DNA of 43,043 nt from Saprolegnia diclina VS20 (taxonomy: Eukaryota). The DNA is taken from NCBI RefSeq assembly GCF_000281045.1, contig NW_008246073.1:969560-1012602 (forward strand), written 5' to 3'. Below are positions 34,301-43,043 of the stretch, in pieces. Position 1 is the stretch's first letter. Every line of letters begins with the position of its first letter. The notes under the pieces were generated by a model. That model worked only from the letters and a program-made list of their open reading frames with translations, had not been told where the DNA came from and did no database searches. The position numbers were made by a program, and so were the translations under genes.

Positions 34301-37061
34301 TGATATTGCGGTCGGTGCCGCCGCGACGACGCCGAGCGGTGCGACACCGGCGCCGGCAACCGACGACCGTGGCCCACTTGTTAAAGACGGACGAATCGAA
34401 ATTGAGACGGTTCGAAGCACGGTTGTGCCGAGCAGAATCGTAGCGTCGTAGGTGCCGGCGATCGTCGGCGTCGCGGTTGCTTGCCCGATACCTGTCGCCG
34501 GGCTCATGACGACGGTACCGTCAACGGTGCGGGGTCCGACGAGGACCCATCGGTAGTCGTCGCGGGTGCCAAAAAAGAGTCGGCGGCGGACGTTGCCGTA
34601 GCCGTCGACGGCGTAAAACTGGCACGTCAGTGGAACGCCTGCAACACCGGTGGTCGGACCACGGTACCACGCGTCGGCTGCAGGCGCCGGTTGCACAACA
34701 ACCGTCGGTCGCAGCGCGGTGACGGGCCAGGCTGCAAAGAGACTCGAGGTCGGGATCACTTGCAGCGGCAGGGACGGTGACTGCCACTGGAGCACAATGC
34801 GATCCAAGAACCGTGCGTGCGGTCGAAAGTCCAGCTGGAGTTGATACAGTGTCCCCGCTCGCAAGACGACCGCGCCGACTCGGTTGGGCGCGTCCAGCGG
34901 CAGCCAACTGTCCAGTACAAGCTTGCCTACTCAAGCAATCGATGAGAACTACCACGGCGGACTCAGTAGCACCGTTGAGCCACAGACGCACGCCACCGAG
35001 GGTGTCGACACGAAAGGTCGTCGCTTCCGAAGCCATCGCACGGACATAGCCGCGCCACCGGGCACTACCAAACGCCCACGACGTGTCGGTGGCCGTGAAG
35101 TTGACAACAGCGTCTTTTCGGTCGGCGAGCACGGGTCCCTAGTTGTCTGCGATTTGGTGAAGCTACGAGACGATGTCTATGTACCCGACACGTGGCATCG
35201 GCAAAGTAGTTGCCCCGTAGCCCGCCCCGGTACAGTTGTTCAAAGTGCACGGTGTAGTTGCCAGCAACGGTCGGAGTCCACGCCGACGCGGCCAAAACAC
35301 CGGGCGCACTCGTCGCCACGAGCTCGATCGGCGCCGTCGAGTCGGTATCTGACACGATACTGCTGCGCCACACCGCAAAGGCGACAAGGGGGGCCGGTGC
35401 ACCGGTCATCGAGATGGACACGATGCTACCGGCGGTTGCGGTCGACGACACGTTGGCAAACAGAGGTGCGGGGTAGACGCCGCCAAGAATCTCGACGGTT
35501 GTCGTACGCTGGTCACCGATCGTGGCGCCGTCGGACGGTGCGCGCAACTGGAGACGGAACGACCGGTTCTTGGCGACGGGGTTTTCGTGCACCGTGACGG
35601 CAAATGTGAGGCGAATGACACTTGGTAAGAACGTCAATCGCTGCGACGTCGTGTAGTAGGCCGTCGGGGACACGTCGGACGGCGTCGTCGTCATGTGCGT
35701 CAACTACAGCCATGGGTTGCTCTTGCTTCTATAGAAATACAAAACGAACTTCGTAGAGGACCGAGACGGTGCCGACACCGCCACCGGTGCGAACGACGGT
35801 GATCGGAACCACCGTTGCGGACTCGTTGATGGCGTACGACGGTGACGCAAAGGTGATCGTGCCGCCATGGCCGCAAACGACGTGGCTTGACGGAGCGCTG
35901 ACGCACTGCCAGGACGCGTCGCCGTTGCCGCCTTGCGTACACGCCTGCGTCGCATCCAGTGCCGTTGCTTGCAGCGTGTACGGCTCCTACGCACGAGTTG
36001 CAGCAAATGCCAAGTCGACAAGTGTACCGTCTCGTCAAAGGCGTGAGGCGACTGCGAGCCAAAGACGGCCAAGTAGGAAAACTCGCGGATCCTCTCTTCG
36101 GGTGGCATCGGCCACGGGTCGGTCGTCCGCGGTCCGCTGCGCTTGACCGAGTTGAGGTGAAAGTCAGCGCACGCGAGGCAGCGCAGGGCGTCGCAGCTGC
36201 GGCAGCGCGGATCGTACACTGTGCAGGAGACTACAGGTCCATGGTATGGGCCCACGGATCCCGCAAGCGCAAACACGTACCACAGCGATTGGTTGAGGCG
36301 CTGACAAAGTAGCTCTGGATGCAGCGAAGACACGTCGCGCCGGCGCACGACACACACAGCGCATCGATCGCAGTGCAGGCCGCTACGTCGCCCATGATAA
36401 CCCCGCCGATCCAGAGTTGGATGAAGAGGTACGCTGGCCGCAGTCGAGACCGACGCGAGAGGGGCTGCAGCTGCAAATGCCCGTCGCGTAGTCGCACGTG
36501 CCTTGGCCAGAGCAGTCGTTGGGGCAGCTGCCTACACGCACCGTCTTGCTACGACGTTAGGAATGCGAATGGGGCGTACGCTTCGGGTAGCAGAGACCGC
36601 CGACGCCAAAGTACTCTGGGATGCACGTTGTGCAGTTGCGTCCCGTGTAGCCCTTGTTGCAGTAGCATGTGCTCGAGCGCCGATCGCAGTAGCCGTACTC
36701 TCGCCCCGCGCAGTAGTACTCGCCGTCGCTAAATGGCCCGACCATGCCCGGGCACTGCACTACGACCGCAAGGATGAGCCGCTCGCAACACAGGATCTTG
36801 GGGTCTACGCGAGATGGCGACGCCGCCCCACTGCGTCGGCTGCTCGGGATGGAAGATGGCGCCGGGGTTGATGTGCTCGCGGAACGACGTGGTCGCTGGG
36901 TTGCCATAGTAGCCGACATTGCCGCGGGCGTACGGGCCAAACACGGCGGGCGGCAAGGTACTGAGCACATTGACGTCGGTCGCGTTCAAAAGTCGGAACG
37001 CGCCGGCTTCCTTCGCGACGAGCAGTAGCAGCAGCAGTCGCAGCAGTCGTCGCACGCCCAT
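31342..37061 (-). CDS. Large secreted modular protein: signal peptide, EGF-like/Cys-rich repeats, Calx-beta-like, PA14-like and filamin/Ig-like repeats (multi-exon)
   Basis: MGVRRLLRLLLLLLVAKEAGA signal peptide; CYCNKGYTGRNC and CPNDCSGQGTCD EGF-like units; ITFASPSYAINES..ITVVRTGGGVGTVSV Calx-beta-like; SARWRGYV, SVRWEGYV and LQWQSPSLPLQVIPTSSLF PA14-like; repeated [RY]DxYGN...DxxDG[TS]Y...Y.....G.Y filamin-like units. The introns I checked restore the frame. Confidence 0.85.
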
Positions 37062-37874
37062 CGTCGAGCGTGGTTGACGCGTCGGTTCGGACGTTATGCC
37101 AATCGATCTAACACGCCACGCCGCGTGTTAGACGCGAGTTTGCCGTGTTACAGTCAATATAACACCCCTGATACACTGTCAGAATCGAGTGCCCAGCACT
37201 CGCCCCGCCTTACGTGGCAGCATGGCCAGACGGTATTCCAGGTACCGGTACCGAAATTCATTTGATTTTTCAATTTATTCAACTGGAATGAGGAGAGCGG
37301 AAGGTCGCATTTAGTGGCCAGTGTCACGCTGACGAATGTGCTGGAACGCCAACAATCGCCAGCAAAGGCGCCATCGCATTCTTCTGTCGCCTCTGTACAC
37401 AAGCCGCAGACAGCCTTCGAAGACAACAACTCTCTGGTCTCAACGAACCAAGGTCGCACGGTTGGGAGACGACGACGGCGTTCTCCTGCAACGATAAGAA
37501 GGGCAAGTGGGCCAGCGCTTGGTGCCAGCGCTCGTACTGGCGCCAAGGAAGCCAACTCGATGGTGAGTAATGGAGCGATGATGCTGCAGCCGGCAAAGGC
37601 GCACCTGCCCGCAAAGCCTCTGCGGTCGCGCCGCGAAGCTTGGCGGTGACAGCAACACAAAGCAACACGGCATGAGGAGCTTGCAGCATCGCAAGCCGCC
37701 GTCGAGCGCAAATGAGGTGCGTCTTTGTGTATCTTGGTGCAGGTATAATCGAAAAAGGTGCGCTTTTATGGCAAACCGGGTGCACCAAATCGGATTCGAG
37801 CCCGATCCCATCTGGTCAGTTCGTATCGGCCAGCGCTTGTGAAGCCATTTCCGCATTCGACCGACCGCAGCAGC

Positions 37875-38237
37875 ATGACCATGGTGAACGACGCCGACAC
37901 GACGTGCAAGTACACGTACAAGCCGTGCATGAACCCGCGCTCGACCAAGCGTAATGGAAAGCCGCACCTCCTTTGCGAGTTTCACCGCGCCAAGGCCAAC
38001 GCGATCCAAAAAGCGTACGCGACCAAGAAGCGGCTCCACAAGCAGGCGCAGCAGGCGCAAGCGACGAGTCCGACGGCGTCCGACGAGTTTTGGGCGTCCA
38101 TGAACCTCGACGACGCGCAGTGGTCGCTGCCAATGGACCTGACGACGCTCGACGACGACGAGGTGCCACTCACGGCCGAGGACTGCGCGATGATCGCCAA
38201 CCTCTTCTTCCAGGAGCACACAATTATCGAGCTGTGA
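37875..38237 (+). CDS. Small C-x6-C-x15-C-x2-H zinc-finger + basic helix + acidic tail protein, copy 1
   Basis: CKYTYKPCMNPRSTKRNGKPHLLCEFHRAKANAIQKAYATKKR, with an acidic/hydrophobic tail. Paralogous to three downstream genes; INR/FPR-like element at 37845-37860. Confidence 0.85.
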   Translation: MTMVNDADTTCKYTYKPCMNPRSTKRNGKPHLLCEFHRAKANAIQKAYATKKRLHKQAQQAQATSPTASDEFWASMNLDDAQWSLPMDLTTLDDDEVPLTAEDCAMIANLFFQEHTIIEL

Positions 38238-39122
38238 TTCCGCGCCCATATTAACTTAAAGTTTATCCTACGAAATACACACATATATACACGTAGAAGA
38301 AATGGCGTTGGACGAGCGAATGCGCCTCGTGTGGCAGCGTGACATGGGCGGCTACTTGGTCAAGATACAGGCGACCTACTGCGAGCGCTATCAGCGACGC
38401 CAGCGACACAAGCCTCCACGTCACGGGTTGTCCGGCTCAGGTACTCCCGCTATGATAGCTCCGCGCTGTCGGCGCAAGTGCAAACACGACCGAGGGACAC
38501 TGACCGAGGGACCATGGCAGGCGCATCCGCCGGTGCACATCGTGCTTCGTGGGGCTGGAATATCGGTTCAGACGGGCGAATCTGCGCCAGAACGCGCCAT
38601 TTTTGAGCCGCCCGTGCTTATGCAGCAGCCACCCACCTTCGACCGCCCGACGTTCGTCTCGTCCCAGCATTTGTGGTCGGTAGTCCGCCGTTACCATCTG
38701 GTACTGTGATTCGTGTTTTGTGCCACTGGCCCCAAGTTGGCGCTTTCGGAGCCAGCTGCCCCTGGAGCCCTTCGTGGACCCGAGCGGACCTGCTGCGCTC
38801 CATAGAGAATTGCCGTAAGCGTTGCGGCGGAGCAGTTTGGTGGCGCAGGGCGGGGCGTCGGGCCGTTGTCCTCGGATCTCCGCCGACCGGTATCATGCCG
38901 CTGGATTACTATTGCATGCCAGGTCACCAGCTGAACCTATCATATTTTTCGTAGGGCCCCCGCTGCACTGAACGGCGCCAACGCGTTCGCGACGGGGGGA
39001 GGTCCCATGTGGTCGTGCCACTCTGGACACGCCAAGCAAGCAATCACATCGTAACACCACGCCTTCATCCTCCGCGTCACGATGGCTTCATACGTCAATT
39101 TACCTTGAAGCGCCAACCCAAG

Positions 39123-39443
39123 ATGGCCCCGACCGAAACCTGCAAGTACACGTACAAGCCGTGCTCGCACCCGCGGTCGACCAAGCGCAATGGAACGCTC
39201 CACCTCCTCTGCGAGTTCCACCGCACCAAGGCCAACTCGATCCAGCGCGCGTACGCGGCCAAGAAGCGCCAGCGCCAAGCGCTGCTCGAGGTGCCGCCGC
39301 CCGCCGATGACGCCATGGAGCTCAGCTTGCCCATGCCCGACATGGCCTTCATCGACCAGCTCATCAGTGACGTGAGCGACCTCAGCGACGCGACGTCAAA
39401 CGCGTCCTGGACCGACGACGAGCTCGTGTGCGAGTTCCTGTAA
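39123..39443 (+). CDS. Small zinc-finger + basic helix + acidic tail protein, copy 2
   Basis: CKYTYKPCSHPRSTKRNGTLHLLCEFHRTKANSIQRAYAAKKR; tail WTDDELVCEFL; INR/FPR-like element at 39088-39103. Confidence 0.85.
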   Translation: MAPTETCKYTYKPCSHPRSTKRNGTLHLLCEFHRTKANSIQRAYAAKKRQRQALLEVPPPADDAMELSLPMPDMAFIDQLISDVSDLSDATSNASWTDDELVCEFL

Positions 39444-40775
39444 GGGCCGCGCTTGTCTATTATTTATGCTCTAGTGACACCCCAAACGACCTCTCTGATA
39501 CGATTGGTATTATGAATCATATTCTCCATACACTATTACTTGTCTTCTCCTCTCGGGTCGTCACTGCATCCTTGACAGCAGACGCCCGCGCCTCGTTGAG
39601 CAAGACGAGCCCTTACTGTGGTGACGCCGTAGCGACTCGCAAGAAGGCGTGACGTCGGCAGGCTAGCCACTTGATCCTACTATCGGATCTACAAGGACGT
39701 CCCCACGCTTCCTCGCGTCGTACAACAGTAGCCAACCATGCTCGCATGTTGAAGTGCGTATCATGGTCTGCGACTGTGCGGCCGTGCGTGCGCCAGCAGG
39801 TAGGATTCCAGCGTCCTCGTTCGACACGACAGTAGGATGTATATGTAGCATACGGCTGCACCCCACTCTACGGCTCTACTCATCGCCGAGCGCGACGGCG
39901 TGCACCTTACAGTTGCGTCACGGGTGCAGCCGGGTGCATGTTCCCAGGCGCGACTTTGTTGAGGAAGATCACTTGTGCGGTTGGGAAGCCACGCATGACA
40001 GTGTAGGATAACGCTGTCTTGGCACTTGTTGAAGCCGCATGTTGAGTGTATCTCGGGGTGTTTCGGTCGTGTTCGATTAGTAGATACTACGGACCACCGA
40101 CGTTATTTATTTGACATACTATTGGGGCGGTTAGTAAGCGCGCTCTAGTATGATTGACACAATATTTCAATCGTTCTCGATGCTGGCATGGGTGTGCAAA
40201 TACGACTGAAGAATGCAGCACGGCTACTTCGCTACTCGCACGATTTTTTGCTCGCTGACCGCACTTGTAGCATTCGAATCGTGTTGCCGTCGAATCGACT
40301 TGAGCCGCCTCGGTGCGCACCCATTCCTCCGCCAAGTGCCAACACGTTTGGTACGTACGCATCCCGACGATGACGAGGCCTCGGTTGGAGTGTGTGCTCC
40401 GACTCGACTGGTACATCCACATATCTTGTTGAAGTGAGTCTTTTCTTTTTTATATGTACACTTGTGAGTACAAAAGTCGGTGAATCGAGCGCTAGTCATT
40501 TTTTCGTATTTTTTGTTGTCGCACAAATCATCGCACCATTCCCACCCGTACAGCGTGCTTTCGACCCCATTGTCTACAAACGCCGCGCGGTGGCCTCGAT
40601 CGCGTGGTGGACTGCAAATGTGACGGCGTTTCCATTCCACCCCACAAGTGACAAACGTTGTTTGTCTTGAAGCTCGCCAAATGATCGGCTATAACTAGCG
40701 AAAAATAGGCCATTAATTCTCGCGCCATCGCCGACAGCGTTTTCAAATCACTTGGTCATTTGCCCCCGCGCATCT

Positions 40776-41096
40776 ATGGACATGGAGCGCTGCCAGTATA
40801 CGTACAAGACGTGCCCGCACCCGCGCTCAAAGAAGAAGAACGGCCAACTCCACTCTTTTTGCGAGTTCCACCGGACCAAAGCCAACGCCATCCAAAAGGT
40901 CTACGCTGCTCGCAAGCGACTTCGTGACGCGGCCGAGTCGTGCCCGCTGCACCGAGCGCCGGTGTCCCCGATCTTTGACCTTGACGACCTCGAATTTCTG
41001 CGCGAGTGGCTCGACGACCACGACGGCGACGACACGAGGGGAACGTGCGACGAGCTGTCGTGGGACGATGTGGTGACCTTGCTCGATAGTATTTAA
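40776..41096 (+). CDS. Small zinc-finger + basic helix + acidic tail protein, copy 3
   Basis: CQYTYKTCPHPRSKKKNGQLHSFCEFHRTKANAIQKVYAARKR; tail DLDDLEFLREWL...LSWDDVVTLLDSI; INR/FPR-like element at 40748-40763. Confidence 0.85.
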   Translation: MDMERCQYTYKTCPHPRSKKKNGQLHSFCEFHRTKANAIQKVYAARKRLRDAAESCPLHRAPVSPIFDLDDLEFLREWLDDHDGDDTRGTCDELSWDDVVTLLDSI

Positions 41097-41709
41097 CTCT
41101 AAAATGGTAGTTTTTTTGGAGTGGGTACGATGCTTGGAACGGCAAAGTCGCGACGATACTGAAGATGGCAATGGCACGCCGGGATCCTGGAGCTACTACT
41201 ACCAGGTGTACGAAGACGTGTGTTTGGGCAGGAGCACGAGACACGTGTGGTCACGAAGCTGCCGCACTTTATGACGAGATCTTGCACGTTACGTCACAGA
41301 AGAGGCTTCTTGGGTGGGGCATTTCAGTAAAGGCCACGCACGCACCATGGATGAGGCTTCTGACCACGCTTGCGCTTCGAGCGAGATTGGCTTGCAATTT
41401 GTATGCAGGCAGATTCGTCGCCCAGCCGTTTAGTAACTATCAGATCTTCCCCAACTGAGCCCGACTGACCATGCCGCGATAAAGTGCGCGAAGTTGAGAC
41501 GCACATTTGGCTTTGCAATACAACAGATGCGTTGAAATGGTAGATTGCACTTGACGTTCGCGCACTGGGCGCGCAACCGACCAGTCGTGGGATGGGGATA
41601 TGACGTGTTTACGCTGGTCTCACGAGTGCGACGTAGTATTTCTTCGTGGTCCTTCTCGTTGGCGCGTGCAACCTTTGTCGCGGTACAATGTATGTGATTA
41701 ATCAGAAAG

Positions 41710-41784
41710 TGGTGCTCTCTCCGGGACTTGAACCCGGATCTACCTGGTGGTAAACCAGTGTCTAAACCGCTAGACTAAAAGAAG
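41710..41784 (-). tRNA. Atypical tRNA-like element (Gly-like layout, positional anticodon ACC) with encoded 3' CCA; possibly a pseudogene
   Basis: Minus strand reads CTTCTTT-TA-GTCT-AGCGGTTT-AGAC-A-CTGGT-TTACCAC-CAGGT-AGAT-CCGGG-TTCAAGT-CCCGG-AGAGAGC-A-CCA. D and T stems are perfect, A and B boxes are present, and 6 of 7 acceptor pairs form (two G-U). The anticodon stem pairs only in a shifted register. Confidence 0.6.
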
Positions 41785-42251
41785 TCGACAAGAACACCCC
41801 TTCTTGACTTGATTGGCGGCGGCTTTCTTGTATGCAGTGCTCGCACCCTGAATCGCGCTGCCGACTACTCCTTCAACTACAACAGGTAGTTCGTAGCTCA
41901 TCGTTCACTCGTTTAACCAGCTACATGGCCGCCGCACCTGCGTGTTTTTGCACGTCCTCGCGCCCGAGGCTATTTAGTCGAATAGCATCGATGGAAACCG
42001 CTCGAATGACTGACAATAAGTTGCAGTCTCCGTGATTGCTGTCCTCGGTTCACTGGTACGGAACCTGAATTGGACCCTGAGTTTGCAAAGCCTGCGAGGC
42101 CTATCAGATTTGAAATGCGTCTGACAATTTTTCAGCTGGCCTACAGCACTAAGCAAAAGTGATTATGAACCCTGAGCAGCTGGTGCGAGTAACTTTATCG
42201 TATGGGTCGTCATTCCCACCCCACCAAGTCCAGCGTTTGGTGTCCCAAAGA

Positions 42252-42267
42252 TCATTTCCCATTTGTC
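42252..42267 (+). promoter_or_regulatory. Oomycete INR+FPR core promoter element (TCATTTCCCATTTGTC)
   Basis: Consensus-like element 50 nt upstream of the ATG at 42302, with equivalent elements ahead of the other three paralogs. Confidence 0.55.
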
Positions 42268-42301
42268 CGTGGTCTCCACACTCTTATCCATTTTGACAAC
42301 T

Positions 42302-42670
42302 ATGCACCGCAAGCCTTCCAAGCAATCGGCCGACCTTGCGCTTTGCCAGTACACGTACAAGCCGTGCTCGCACCCGCGCTCGACCAAGCTCAACGGCGAT
42401 CTCCACCTCCTCTGCGAGTTCCACCGCACCAAGGCCAACCGCATCCAGCAAGCGTACGCGGCCAAGAAGCGCCTTCGTCAAATGGAAGCCTCCGGTCCTG
42501 CGTCGCCGACGTCGACGGATACGACGTGGCCAGCCGCTGAGCTCACGTTCTCGCCCGACGACTTGCGTGCGATCGAGGCCTTCACCTTTGCCGACTCGGA
42601 ACACGCTACCGTACTCGACTCGGTCTTTCGCGACTTTCTGAGCGACCCCCTCGATTGCTACACCCTCTGA
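42302..42670 (+). CDS. Small zinc-finger + basic helix + acidic tail protein, copy 4
   Basis: CQYTYKPCSHPRSTKLNGDLHLLCEFHRTKANRIQQAYAAKKR; tail ELTFSPDDLRAIEAF...LDSVFRDFLSD. Confidence 0.85.
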   Translation: MHRKPSKQSADLALCQYTYKPCSHPRSTKLNGDLHLLCEFHRTKANRIQQAYAAKKRLRQMEASGPASPTSTDTTWPAAELTFSPDDLRAIEAFTFADSEHATVLDSVFRDFLSDPLDCYTL

Positions 42671-43043
42671 GCCCGAGAGCATGACACCCTCTTAATTTAA
42701 AACCTAGACATCCTTGTACAAACATTGCACTTTTGTTGGCGACAGTTCAGTTATGTTGCTAAAGGTAGCTGTAGTACATGGTGGACATATCCGAGTTGAT
42801 CGGTATTCGACCGGTCGATTACCATGCAACAGTGACGCCTCGATCAGTGCCGCGCAGCGACGAAGCGACACAGCTCCTACGCGCCGAGGAGCTGGTGCTC
42901 GTCCGTTAGCTTTCCCTGGGGCAGAGGGACAACGGTCACCAACGTCGTTGTACTGGGTGCTGCGTCATGCAGCAGAGAATGTCGGGCGGCCAGAATGTGT
43001 CGCAATGCAGCGAGAGGGATAGGACACCGATACTCGCTACTGC

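Noticed and set aside
40087..40640. AT-richer spacer with ORF fragments (LYGWEW) faintly suggestive of a transposase relic
   Set aside because: Similarity is too short, and no terminal repeats or catalytic motifs are visible.
41700..41730. Plus-strand TGGTGCTCTCTCCGGGAC as an LTR-retrotransposon primer-binding site
   Set aside because: The complementarity covers an entire tRNA-like body rather than about 18 nt, and no LTR pair or gag/pol sequence is nearby.

Overview
A gene-dense, GC-rich eukaryotic window with short (about 40-60 nt) GT-AG introns. The gene families and INR+FPR-type core promoters point to an oomycete, probably Saprolegniales (inference). From left to right it holds: a small hypothetical membrane ORF; a frameshifted USP47-like deubiquitinase relic; an RPAP2/Rtr1-like gene; a small secreted Gly-rich peptide gene, with a second inverted copy about 10 kb away beside a 949-nt assembly gap; an internally duplicated ~1790-aa multipass membrane protein; Ku80; an MFS transporter; an intronless CBP/p300-type acetyltransferase; a spliced bZIP-like gene; a membrane-anchored metallophosphoesterase-fold protein that has lost its metal ligands; a HAT-less CBP paralog (2 KIX-like + 3 TAZ domains); a large secreted EGF/Calx-beta/PA14/filamin-repeat protein; four same-strand small C-x6-C-x15-C-x2-H zinc-finger/basic-helix/acidic-tail genes; and an atypical tRNA-like element with an encoded CCA. 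The strongest candidate for an undescribed system is the CBP plus HAT-less KIX/TAZ paralog pair, possibly together with the nearby micro-transcription-factor array. Exon boundaries were read by eye and no database searches were run.
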